A DNA stretch of 64,000 bases, from contig JBBPEB010000030.1 in the NCBI GenBank assembly GCA_039096225.1, positions 434,001 to 498,000 of the forward strand, written 5' to 3'. Source of the DNA: Blastocystis sp. Blastoise. Its lineage: Eukaryota; Protista; Bigyra: Opalinata. Positions within the stretch are counted from its first letter, which is position 1; every line of letters begins with the position of its first letter. The notes beneath the pieces are model-generated. The model was given only the letters and a program-made list of their open reading frames with translations. It was not told the origin of the DNA and searched no databases. The position numbers and the translations under genes are program-made. Positions 39,141 through 58,400 of the stretch are shown one piece after another.

Positions 39141-39300
39141 ATCCATTTGTTTTATTGTAATAAAAAGTGTTTAATTTTAATATATTGAATATATCTACAA
39201 AACAATTTTTTAAACAATGTAAAAATACATATAATAATAGTATCAAAAAATATATATATATATATAATATTATCTATAATTTGACTGAAAACAGTTTAGA

Positions 39301-39755
39301 TTATAAACAGAATTCATCAATACTGATAGAGGAAGCTGATTTATTGGAGCAGATATTACGGACCATGCGATTCATTTCAATAGAGAAAGGAGTAGTAAAG
39401 TGACATTTCTTGATTAATTGAGAATTAATAGAAGCAACGCATTTATCATCATAAGAATTAGAAACAAGAGTACGATACTTTTCAGCAAGAACATCATCGT
39501 TAGTAACAGCACGAGCAATTCTCATCATTGTAATATCTCTCTTGGTTTCTTGAATAACAATATCACTTAATTCCTTAAGAGCTTGTTCTAAATCTTCTTC
39601 AGAAGCACGAATAGCCTTCCAAGTAGCTACATGTCTTGGTACTTTATCTAAGGAAACAATAGACTCAGGATTAGGCATACCTATAGATATAAAAATAATA
39701 ATATTTAATATAATATATAATGTAATGAAATATATATATATATAGTTATATAATG

Positions 39756-39827
<72 letters not shown>

Positions 39828-40754
39828 AACTAAAAATATACTTAATTTCTTATTAGAAGGAGTTAATTTATCACCAATGAAACGATTAATAGGATAATTA
39901 GCGAATTTTTCAACAGATCCCCATTGAGAAATACCTTGATCTGAACCAACTTTACGAACACTTTCATCAACATATTTGAAGACTTCACTTAAAGTAGCAT
40001 TACCAGCAGATTGTTCAACAAAAGATAGCCAAGCATTATCATAAAGACCAGACATACAAGCATTAATAGATTTACCATTAACTTTATCAAAAGGAGGACA
40101 ATTAGACATAAGAGCAGGATGATCAGCATCAGCAGAAGAAAAAGCATAGATATTCCATTCAGCAGGGAAACGACCAAACATAGAACCAGAATAACAAGCT
40201 TCCATATAAATAACAATTTCCTTATACATTTCAAATTCCTTCATATAATTGAAAGTTTCATACCAATTATATTCAGAATATTCACTTTCACCAACATATA
40301 CAACACCTTTATCACCATGATCCATAAAGTACATAAAAATAGTATCTTCCTTATTTGTATGGAAAACTCTAGGATTTTGAATTCTATAAGCCATTTCGAT
40401 ATAATCAGCTTTTCCTTGTAAGATAGCTGGAATGATATCATATATAATAGCGCTTCCATCATAATCAATATGAGAAGCACACTTAGCAGCATAATCAATA
40501 CCTTCACCATCAGAAGGGTCAGTGAAGATCTTTCCAGGGAAAGGGTTTCTGTAATAATTAAAGTTACTAGAATATAGCATCATAATAATATGAGAAGCAT
40601 CAATACCAGAATCTATCATTAAATCATAAGCACGACAAGGATCAGAAGTGATAGAATAATTGGACCAACCATCAGCAGAACCGATAATTAATGCATATTT
40701 ATCAGCTGAGACAACAAGAGCAAGAATAAGAGCTAAGAACACAAAATTCTTCAT
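39301..40754 (-). CDS. LGMN: Legumain / asparaginyl endopeptidase (peptidase C13), secreted, 2 exons
   Basis: Signal peptide, GSADGWSNY, NPFPGKIF, catalytic DHG and EACYSGSMF, C-terminal prodomain with cysteines. Confidence 0.93.
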
Positions 40755-41660
40755 TTTAAATTCTTTTAAAGGATAAGAAATAATATATGGAAAAGGGGAA
40801 GCACAAGAAAACGACTTATAACAAGGAAATAATGACGCAGTGATAGTAGAGATACCATTTGTGACGAATACGTCGTCCCTTAAAAGATGAATGGTTAATA
40901 ATGAATAACCCTACAATGAATAATATTAATATTCGTTTTGTGTTTTCGTTTATTCATGACCCATCTTGCAAAAGTGTTGATTCAACAAAAAAATACAAAA
41001 TTATGGTATAAAAACAAATATTTCTATGAATAAATACTTGGAATGAAAAGGATCAATAACCATGAATGTGTAGATACAATCGATTGTCGTTATTGAATGG
41101 CTAAAAGATAAGTGTCATGATGATGCAGCATCACTCATTATTTCGTTTGTTGTGTTTTATAATCAACTGTTTTATCGTGATAGAAGCAACAAATACTCAG
41201 ACTTGATATTTGCAAATGTTTGATAGAGTCAGTACTATAAGAAAATCAATTTATAAAGTCAAGAATTTAGATAAGACGAGATGTCGTGAATTGTTCATAG
41301 ACGACTTTTTGGAGTTCGTAACGTACTGGCAGTGTTTGAATAAGTTAGAATTATATAATTTATTTAAAATATAATTAAAACTAACTACGTTTATGGAATA
41401 ATGTGCGTCTAAGTTAAGGTATGAAATGAGAGATTCTCTTTTACACTATATTCATCTGCATTTTTCATTTTAAAGAACAATAGAAAAAGTTTGTCCTTGA
41501 ATAGGATACAAAAATAATTTTTCAACAAAAAATAATAGTTTCTCTATATAAAGAATGACTTTTAGAATATAGAAAAGAAATTATTATTATTTTAATAATC
41601 AAAGATTAAAAAGAAGAATAAAAAATAGAAATGTTGCAAAAAACGAAAGTTTCAAAATTT

Positions 41661-42452
41661 TAGAGAATTACCAAAAACCAGCTAAAGCTAAATAGCTGGT
41701 TTAAACCGGCTAAAAATTTTAGCCGGTTTTGTTTTTGCTTAAAATATTTAATTATATATATTGTTATTGCCTAATTTCAATATAAAAGTCAATGAAATAC
41801 ATATATCTATATGTATATAAACTACGGTCCATATTTTAAAAAAATAGAATTTTGATTCAAATTGTTATGAATTGTTGAGATAACTATAATAATAAAACTC
41901 AAAAATGTATTTTTAGATTCATAAGTGAATAATATATTTTATTGAATACAAATCTGACTAATATTTTAACTGAATCCTTTTTTATAAATTATTATTTATT
42001 AAGAATTTTGTTGTTTATATTTCAAGTCAATGAAATTAAGAATATATAATACTAGAATATTAAATATTTTCATAATTCTATAAGAAATGACTTTCTTCAA
42101 TTCCATATCAATAGCAAAAAAATCATTTAAAATAACAGAGAAGCTTAATCTGAACATATAAGAAAACACTCAATACATCTCTTAATGATAGAAATAGGAA
42201 TGGAACATTTCTTTTAATATATAGCACTTTATCATTGCTAGTTTTTGTTACTGATATATTTAAGCATCAAATTTGTTCATAACAATAAAAATGAAAAAGA
42301 GTATACTCAATAATATACAAAAAAGAAATTTTTGTCTTTAGCTGGTTTCAAAATCGGCTAAAAATTCTGACTGTAAAAAAAAAAAATCGGCTAAAATTTT
42401 TAGCCGGTTTAAACCAGCTATTTAGCTTTAGCTGGTTTTTGGTAATTCTCTA
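41661..42452. mobile_element. Non-autonomous DNA transposon (MITE), 792 bp
   Basis: Perfect 65-bp terminal inverted repeats (41661-41725 and 42388-42452, TAGAGAATTACCAAAAACCAGCTAAAGC...). Flanking 9-bp direct repeat TCAAAATTT at 41652-41660 and 42453-42461. No internal ORF. Confidence 0.9.
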
Positions 42453-42566
42453 TCAAAATTTTTAAAGTTTCATTTTATTTTATCGATCTTTATCAACTTA
42501 TTAAATTTATCATTTCTAGCATTGACACATACATACAGGAGTGTTTCATAAATCATTTCTATATAC

Positions 42567-43345
42567 ATGAATTCACAAATCAGAAATAATTATCAAATGA
42601 AGGGATCGATACAGAACCCTTTTCTTTTGGAAACAATTAGTCAGCTGAAACGCTCCAAAATTTGTACTATTGAGCATTTATATAAAGATAAGAATGATAA
42701 AGGTGTTTTTTATCAACTTGATTGCAAATTACGATTATTCAACACAGAAGATAACCGATTTGTAAGTTTATCTATTTTACTTTACGATGACGTTGGCTGC
42801 TTCCCTACTGTATTATGTCGTGATAAATTATTTAACAGACAATTCTCGTCACCTGAATTTATTAATGAAGCTTTCTATCAAGACCCTCTATATGGTAATC
42901 AATTATGTATTAATAAGAGTGTATTTGCTCGTTGGGATAATAAATCATCATTATTAACGTTACTTAAAATTATTAAACAATTTTTAACTTTCTTAATTTT
43001 AAAACATTATGGGTATGCTATATATATGATAGATTTGGTTTATTTTAATTATTTTAAATTATTTTAATTATTTTTATTTTTTTAAATGTGTTTATTATTT
43101 TTATTATTTCAAAATATATTTTTGTTTATTTTTATTATTATTATTATTTTTAATTATTATTATTTTTATAAATATTTAGTGACAAACCCTTTGAAATTAC
43201 AACCATTATTAATAAACCCACATATCCTTTATATTGTATACATTTATCTATATATATATATATATATATAAAATATATATGTATAGACCCACTTATACCT
43301 TATTCTGAAATCGAAAATGAACGTATTATGTATATATTCTATTTC

Positions 43346-43384
<39 letters not shown>

Positions 43385-44712
43385 TTAAAAACAGATCATA
43401 ATTTCTTTTCTTCAGCGTATATAATATATATATAATATATATATAATATATACTATTTCTACTATATATATATATAGGACGTATCATCAGCATATAGTAT
43501 GTTTAGAAACAATTAATCCTTCTTTTCCTACTACTAATATTCCTATTTTACAACAATTATTCTTCTATAATATATATATGCATTTAAAATATGCATCACA
43601 ATATGTTTTGAAAGCACGAGGAATCTGTGTATCTCAATTTGGAAACATTAGTTTTGTTACTGATTATTATAGTGATGCTATACAATATAACTTGGAGAAA
43701 TTTAAAAATAATATTTCTGATTTATATATATCTTAATATATATTACTATATATATATAATATGTATTCTAATTTATTATTAAATACGCTTATTCTAAGTT
43801 ATTTCTTACTAAATATTATTATATATATATATATAATATTTCTGTTATGATGAAGAAACAAATCTGTATTCGCATGTGCGAATGCGTTAAATTCCTTCAT
43901 GATAATCACGTGATTCATAGAAATATCAAGGTATATTTATATATGTATTTATTTATTTGTTCTAACTTTTAATTTATGAATTATGTTATTTTGTAAAATA
44001 ATATTCTAATTATATTGATAGTATATTTATTATTATTTTTTAAATTTTTTTAAAAAATATTTCAAATTTATTTCATCTTTTCTTTTTTTAATATTTCGTT
44101 TCTTTTAATGTTTCTTTCCACCTATTTCTTCTGTCTTAACAGCCAGATTCCTTCGTCATTCTTTCTACCGCTGTATATATAACTGATTTTTCATTCGCCA
44201 TCGAATCTCAAAAGGAAGTCCAAAATAGTACTGTTGTTGGTACTATTAAATAGTATATATATATATAATTCATTCTCAAATGTTTTTTTTTTTAATTTTT
44301 CTTTTCATTTCTTATATATATATTGTGTATTTATAGTATATATATTATGTATTTCTTATATATATATTATGTATTTATAGTATATATATTATGTATTTCT
44401 TATATATATATTATGTATTTCTTATATATATATTATGTATTTCTTATATATATATTATGTATTTCTTATATATATATTATGTATTTCTTATATATATATT
44501 ATGTATTTATAGTATATATATTATGTATTTATAGTATATATATTATGTATTTATAGTATATCTCCAGAGATCTTGGGACGTCAGAGCTATACTCAATCCG
44601 TGGATATTTACTCATTACTTATGGTCCTTTATGAAATAATCACGGGAGAATATTACTATGATTCCTGTATACGGTCTTCGGGTAAATATATTAATGACTC
44701 TATGGATAATGT

Positions 44713-44801
<89 letters not shown>

Positions 44802-45156
44802 TTTGTATATAAACTCTATAAATAGAGTAAATAGAAAAATAATAACAATTATATATATATAGTTATTAGAAATTATCTTGAAAAGACGAAAAGAAGTGGT
44901 TATTTCACAGTCTATACACCCTGGTATATATATATTATTATATATATAAACTATTTATGATCTTAATTATATATATATAATATTATTTATATACATATTT
45001 ATGATCTAAATTTATATATATATTATTCTATATAAGCTATTTATAATAAAATATATAGCTCTTGCTCGAATGTTTTTTGATAATCTTTCTATATATGAAA
45101 ATAATAGTAGGTCTTCTCTTCCTTCTATTATAGAACTAATAAAAAAGTATTTATAA
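42567..45156 (+). CDS. Protein kinase-like (probable pseudokinase) with N-terminal UBC/E2-like domain, 9 exons
   Basis: CVKFLHDNHVIHRNIKPDS, ITDFSFA, VGTIKYISPEIL, SVDIYSL..VLYEIITG. N-terminal FPTV..DKLFN...QLCI...WDNKSSLLTLL resembles an E2 fold. Confidence 0.75.
44333..44556. repeat. 22-bp intronic minisatellite, about 10 copies
   Basis: Units ttatgtatttcttatatatata and ttatgtatttatagtatatata end at the acceptor of the kinase exon that starts at 44557. Confidence 0.85.
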
Positions 45157-45841
45157 TAGTGTTTCAATTCTATTCTTCTCTTTTTCTCTTTTTCTCTGTG
45201 ATATTATTTCTATTAGATATACATATTATCACACCTATCTGTCTTTTCAGTAAATTGATCTTTAATATATTAATATGAATTTAGTAATATATACTCAGTT
45301 TTTGTTGGTTTTCGTTATATTATGGATGTTTTTAATATAATTAAAGGGAACATAATATGTTGATGATTCTCTGTAAAAATTATACATAAACAACATCAAA
45401 TAATATCAATATATATATCTCATGGTATACTTCAATCGATAGACATACATTAAGTATAAAGACTAGCTAATAATAATATATATATTATTCATTATAAAGT
45501 GCATAAAATGAAAGAATTATATATTTATCTTTAATAGATTAGAAGAAAACTAAACTTGAATAGTATAAAAATGAATATCATAAAGATATTCTTTCCATTT
45601 ACAATATAGAATAATAATGTCAAAATAAATAAATAAATAAATTAAAAACAACCGAAATAATAATAAAAAAATTGATGATACAAAGACCAAAATAAAATGA
45701 ATAAAGCTTATATAGTCGAAAGATAGATAGATATAAAAAAAAATAATAAGATCAAATTTTTATCTATATATAATGATCAAACAAGGATACTATATATAAA
45801 TTCATTCTAAATCATAATAACAAAACCAAAAAAAAAAATAT

Positions 45842-50974
<5,133 letters not shown>

Positions 50975-51836
50975 TTTTTGTATATTAAATATAAACTGTT
51001 ATTCGCTATTGATAAAAATATAACTAGTAAAGCAAGTTTAAGAAGTCCTAGAATGTGGAAGAGCCAAAAGATAAAATGACAGACTTTGATGATTTAATCT
51101 GGATTTTGTTTTGTTTGTTTCATGTGACTCGATTTTTATATATAAAAACTCACAATTTGTATTTAAAACTAATTCATAAACGAAAAAATGGAGAGTATCT
51201 TTATTTGAAAATAGGGTAGAACTACAGAAAAGTAATATTTGAGTTTGTTGTTTGTCATTTAGTGATGAGTGTTCTTATGTTCTTGCTTATAACTCATTCA
51301 TTATTAATAGAAAATACCAAGAATGACTATATATGGATATAGGAATAAGTCTGAGTAGTTTCAGTTAGTGTATACGTAATTGTAGAATTTAATTATATGA
51401 ATATAATAAGTTAGAACGTTAGTATATGATATAAGAAGAGAGGGTAGAGAATTCTGATTATTCAAAAAACAAAATGTATTATTTTTAGTGATTTGATATA
51501 CAATATGTACATTTTTGGTTGTATATGGTATAATAAATGATGTGATCAATCGCATATCTCGAAAATACAAATGAGTATATGATTTCAATTAATAATAGAA
51601 AGAACAAAAGGCAAGAAATGACATAAAACCCCATTTCAAATGATAAAGAAAAAAAAAACATATAAACACCACATAGAATCATTAAAAATTGAATAGACAG
51701 ATAAAAATAGATACAAAAGAAATTAAATACAACATAAAAATTTATATCAACATACAGTATAAAATAAAATGGAAAAAGAAAACAAAAAAAAACAAATATT
51801 GTAGAAATATAAATATAATATATGTATAAAATAATT

Positions 51837-53527
51837 TTAGTCTAATTCAATATTGATAATTTCTTGATTTTCCTTTTTATATTGAAATAATTGGATAAAT
51901 AAAGTACTCAAGGTTTCTTCTTCTTTATGTTCATATATATGTCGATATTCTAAACACTTCACAAGTGCTTGAATGTAACAAGCATAGTAAGTATTTTTTA
52001 ATTCTTTATCTAATATATCGACAAGCATCTTCTTACGAGCAATAATTGTCCTATATATATGTAATAAAATAAATATATAGAAATATAAAGAAAATAAATA
52101 GAATAGAATAAAATAGAATAAATATATAGAAATATAAAGAAAATAAATAGAATAAAATAAATAAATTAAAATGAAATAATAAAATTAATAGAATAAAATA
52201 AAATAAATTAAAATGAAATAAATTAAATAGAAAAAAAAGAAAAAATAAAACAACTATATACTTGGGTGGAGTCATTCCTCTATTACTGATTTCTTGAGCC
52301 ATTTGAGCTTTAGACGCGAATCCATATTTATATACAAATATATCTTCTCCTGTGACTTTCTTCTTTCCATAATCAAAATATGGAGAATCTAAACCTATAT
52401 AATAATAAGAATAAGTATAATAATAATAATAATAATAATAATATGAGTATATATATAAATAAATATACAGTCGATTTCTTGTAATAATGCATTTTCTAAA
52501 TTACGAATTAAATCTTCACGACTATATAATAATATACATAATAATAAACATAAAAAATACAATAAATAGAATTAATAAAATAAACATAATAAACACATAA
52601 TAAATATAAAACAATGAATCTACATATATACCTTGTTCCTTCTTTAAGATTCATATGTCGATTATTTAAATTCTGAATAATATCTTCATTTGACATCGTT
52701 TGAGGGAATAAGTCACTTTCAGACTGTAATAATAAGGCTGAACGACTGTATATATCATAATCCTTAGTATATTTATAAGAATAATAGATTTATAATTACT
52801 TATAAAAATATATATATATATAGAAAAAATTAATTATTAGAACAAATATAAATATATACTTAATAGATTTCCATAAATTATACATAGCTTCAATATCTTC
52901 ATCTTTAATAGTTGTTATATCTATTCCATTATCTTCTAAGACATCACTCATATAATTAGACCAATTCTTACATATATCATTCTTTAATTGATCTTTTTTA
53001 GTCTCATCATATATCATATTTAAACGAAAACATTCAGATACAAATTGTTCTTCAGTTAACTATAATAAGTTATAGTATTTATATGCTACTTTTTAAATAA
53101 TAAAAAATATTATAATAAAAAAAATTATTCTTACTCATATAATATATCTATATATATACATCATTGATTAATGATGGAAACCTATTAATGGTAGCAGTTG
53201 CAGGTAACTATACATAATAATAATAATAAAAATGAACATTAAAAAAAAAATCAATAATTCATTAAAAAATATTCAATTCTACATAAAAAAAAGATCACAA
53301 ATAGATTAATAAACACATACCTTATTATTGAATTCTACAACTTGAGGAGTAAAGTTAAATGAAACACGTGTTCCTTTCTTTTCATGATGAGTTGAAACAC
53401 ATTTCATATTACCTAAAATACTCTCTATTGCTTTATGTTTGGCTAATGATTCAAGATGAACTTTAGCGACTTCATATTCCATTCTATGTCTAAAAATCTT
53501 TCCTCTTGAACCAGATAAAAATGTCAT
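51837..53527 (-). CDS. Hypothetical protein with two SAP/HeH-like helical motifs, 7 exons
   Basis: Consistent GT-AG chain. MSNEDIIQNLNNRHMNLKEGTSREDLIRNL and SKAQMAQEISNRGMTPP resemble SAP-like motifs. Confidence 0.6.
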
Positions 53528-55483
53528 CTTTATACTGATGTAGTATTATATATTAAATTACAGAAATGAAATATATATACAATTTAAATAAAGAGCTATT
53601 CAACTTTTTTAAACAGGAAATTTTCATTTCTTTTTCTCTCCTCATTCGCTTTTCACGAATTTTCTCATTTTTTCTCCACTTTATTAATTTTTCTCATTAT
53701 GACATTTCTTTTTGTTCTTTTTCCAAATAGTTTCTTTTTTCTGAGAAATTGTTTTTTGAAAGAAGAAAATTACTCCAAGCAAGTTTCTTTTTTATTTCAA
53801 AAATAAATAGTTGATTATTTAATAGACAGACATAAAATTGAGTATTAGTGTTGGTTGTTTCATGATATTGTGCAACATTTATTTAAGTAACAAGAATCTT
53901 CTTTTTGATTTATACAAAAAAAATTTATTATTGGTCTTCTTTGATCTTCATATTTAAAGATAAAGTAACTAAAACATAACAATGAATATTGCTAAAATAA
54001 TACATCATTAGAATCAAGTGAAATTCAATATTATTGGTCAATTTAAATAAGATTTCGGTATTTATTCATGAATTGTTTAAAAAAGTTTCTTGATTATTTG
54101 AATAATTTACATATATGTTAAATATATCCTTTATGCAAAAACTAATCTCATCAAAAATAATCATTATTTATTCTATGTTAAAATAAAAGCAATTCATTTA
54201 AATAATAGTACAAGAATTATCAATATATAATATATATATATGAATGTATTATCTATACAATACATAGATTTAGAAGATTCTATATATTATAAACAAAGCA
54301 AAATATTGTATTGAATTATTTTTTTGCATAACATATAACAATAATGTTTAAATCAAGAAGATAAACATATTAAAAGAATATATATATGTGTATTATTATA
54401 GAGATAAATTAGAAAAGAAGAAGAAGAAAAGAAAATTGAAAGTAAAATCAAATATATATACAATATATATGAATAATAAAACTTGAAACAAATAAGAAAT
54501 AACAACAAGAAGAAAACAATAGGTTTTGAAACATAAATATATAAATAATGAAGAAAAAACATAAAAATATATAGATATAACAGGATAACAAATATATATA
54601 TTACATGCAATAAATAGTTACATAAATAAATATATATATATATATATATGGAAATAAACAAATGAATGAAGTTTTTATTATATAGTAAACTGATAATATA
54701 TAGTACATAAATAAATAATTCTGAAGATAATTTATAACGATTACTAATAATAAAGAAAAAACATAAAAAAAAAAAAAAACAAACATAAATATTAAAAAAT
54801 TTCCTAGATATAAACAGTTGAAAAAAAGAGATCATGAAAACTTTAAAAAAAAATGAAATGATAAAAAATTATATATATAAAAAAAAATTGAACCTTTATT
54901 GAAGAAAAGAAAGAAAGAATTTAAAACAAAATAGATATTGTTTACTAAAAATATCTATAATGAATATATATATATGTAATTAGAGTATAACTGAAAGAAG
55001 AATAAGATATATATATATATTAAGGAATTGATAATATATTATTTAACGATATTAACATGAATTAATGAATTATTTAGATTATTGAAACAAAGAAGATTCA
55101 ATATATATTAATATATAAAAATATATGAAGAAGAAGAAAACAAATCAAAAGAAAAGAAAAAACACGAAATCAAATGAATGACAAAAAAAAAGAAGAATAA
55201 AAAAAAATTGTTAAAAAAAAATAATGAAATAATAAATAAAATGAATTAACAATAAATGTAGAAATATATTTGATAAAAAAGAATAAAGACGAATTTAATT
55301 TATAATACAGACAAATAATGATTCAGTAGAATACAAATAATTACAAACATAAATAATTATTATATTAATATATATATATCGATTTAAATAAAAGAAAACT
55401 TTAAAAATAAAATATATATATTATATATAAATCAATATACTATAATTATAACATAAAAAAAAGAAATTAAAAAAAATTACTTT

Positions 55484-58400
55484 TTACATACTAATTAATC
55501 GTCGACGATAATAATTTTCTCCTCCTTCCTGCTGATATATATAAAAGCCATCACTTTTTCTATTTGAATTATAACTATTAATAACATGACCATTTCGTTT
55601 CTTTTTATTAGCTATTTGTTGTGATAACAATCGATTCTTATATTTATATATAAGATAAATACATAATAGAATAATTATAATAAATAGAATAATTAAAAAT
55701 CCAAATACATATGCATTAATAAATAAACTATAAATAATAGTTGACGCTTGTTGATTATATATACATATAGAGTTATTAAATGTATTTGAATAATTAGAGA
55801 GTTGATCTATAAATGTAGATTTGATATATAATTGATAATCATTCAGTATCTCTTTAAGAATTGAATTATCACTTTCAATTCGTACAGTAATATCATATGT
55901 ATATGTATATGAATATAAAGAAATATTATTTGATAATTCAGAAACAAGAGAAAGAGTAGAAGGAAGAATATTAATTTTATTAGTTATATTTAGAATATCT
56001 ATAGTTTTTATAATAACAGAAGGTTTTGAAATATTTCTTATAGATAGAATATTATATAATAATGTATGAATATAATAGATATCCATAGGAGTTAATGAAT
56101 ATGTAGATATATTAAATAAACTGAATGAAAGATAAAGATAGCCATTAGGATAAATAGGAAGATCTGTATATATATTATTATGTTGTATATTAACACAATA
56201 TTGATTTGTAATAGGTCCCCAAACAGCATTATTATCAATATGATTACATTGTCTACATTGTACAGCTGTATTTGTATTATTACAAGGATTACATGTAATA
56301 GTATTACTAGGTATTGAAACCCAATCAGAAATAGATGGACAAGATCGATATAAAACTTGTACTAATAACATAAATATATTCGAGGCATCTTTATTCATTG
56401 CTTTGATCATAAATTGATTTGTTATAGGAGAAGTAGGTCTTCCTGTAATTATTCCTGTTTTTGAATTTAATAGAATTCCTTTAGGAAGTGTAGGTATAGA
56501 CATCCATGATTCAATATATCCAGTAACAATAGGATATAAAGTAGGAATGTCTTCATCTATATACCACATAACATAACTAGATATATAAGAAATAGAAGGT
56601 GTTGACCATTTACAAGCATCTAAAATAATATCCCAATAAGGAGGTGTTCCTGGATGGCAATATCGACTTATTAGTCCTATTTGAGAAGGATGAGAACATG
56701 ATTTTATGGATGTTTCACCTTCATTTGTTTCTGGCCATGAGGAATCTGCAAAACATTTTAATATATATATATTAAGAACTATATTAATTATTGTAGAGTT
56801 ATTATGTGTATTAAATGCTTGTATTAAATAATAATTTGTTTCTATAGTTTGAGGAATTCCACTTATAATACCTGTAGTTGTATTAAACATTAAACCTAAA
56901 GGAAGAGAAGGATATATATACCAAGAAGTACACAATCCATTACATTTAGGTATTATATTCTCAATAGTATGATTAATTAAAACAGTATAATAAGTAGAAG
57001 GATAATAAATTTGAGGTTGTTTATATATACAATTATTAGTAATAGCAGACCATCCTGAAGTAGTACATGTTCTTTCTAAAGATCCTTCATATATAGATAT
57101 ATCACATAAAAAAGATCTTTTTATATTAATAGGTGTTTTTGGCCATATTGTATCTTGTTGACAAGAAACCATGGATACTGTTATATATATTGTAGCATTT
57201 ATTTTAGAGGAAATACTAGTAATTTCAAATACAGTTACTGTATACATAGTAAGAGGAAATAAAGAAAGAGATTCACCATTAAAATATCCATTTTTAAAAG
57301 TAATACCATCAGGAAGAGATGTAGGATAAATACTCCATTGTAATATAGATGTAACACCAGATAAAATAGGAGTAATAGATACGATAGAATTCATTTCAAA
57401 TGTATATACAGTATCATTATAATGAAGAGAAAGAGATGGTTTTGGTAATATACAAGTAGAATTAGTAATTGAACTCCAAGAAGGAGGATGTTTAGCTAAA
57501 CATGTTCTTGTTTGCATACCTGTATAAGGAAGATAACAATGAATAGAAACATTTGTATTAATATGAGTAACAGGCCAATCTCCATCTTCATGGCAATATT
57601 CATCATTATCATTATTTACAATAGTTATATATAATGAAGTAAATACTACATTGTCATTATTATATGTATATAACATATATAATTTATTTTGAATAGTTGT
57701 AAGAGGTATTCCCGTGATTATTCCAGTATTTGTATTTAATGTTAATCCTGAAGGTAAAATAGTATTTGATGAGAATAATAAAGAAGGTGCATCTAAAAAA
57801 GGTACTAAAGGTATTATAGTTTCATTATATATAAATGTATATATAATATTTGGATAAGAATAAATTGTTGGACTATTTGGTATACAATTAGTATAATCTA
57901 TATCTTTAAATTTACTATTAAAACAAAGTCTTCTTTTAAATCCAGTAAAAAATAAATCACAAGGAATTGATGCATAATGATTATGAATAGTAGTTATCCA
58001 TCCTTCTTCTATTTCTGTAATATTTGGAATACAAAGTGAATAAGAAGAAATTGATAAATAAAATTCAGATAATTGAAAAGAAGAAAGAGATCCACAATCA
58101 TTATATGTTTGACCTACTAAATGACTATTACGACATTCTTGTATTCTTAAACGATATAAATTATAAGATTGTTTAGGTATAAAATCATAAGATTTTTCTT
58201 GAAAGAATTGTGTAAAAAAATCATTAGTAACAGTATGTAATATAGTCCAAGTAATACCATCGTCATCAGATCCTTCAAATATCCATCCAGAAGGATGTCT
58301 AGTATTACAATCATTACCATTAACTAAAGTATATCGAGTTATATAATATGAAGTATATTTAGGAAATTTATAATATAGAATAACATTATTACAATCACCC

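Noticed and set aside
41726-42387. Transposase remnant inside the MITE
   Set aside because: No ORF or recognisable DDE motif on either strand.
52745-52860. Apparent phase mismatch suggesting a non-canonical acceptor
   Set aside because: Resolved by the canonical TATACAG acceptor a few bases further in.
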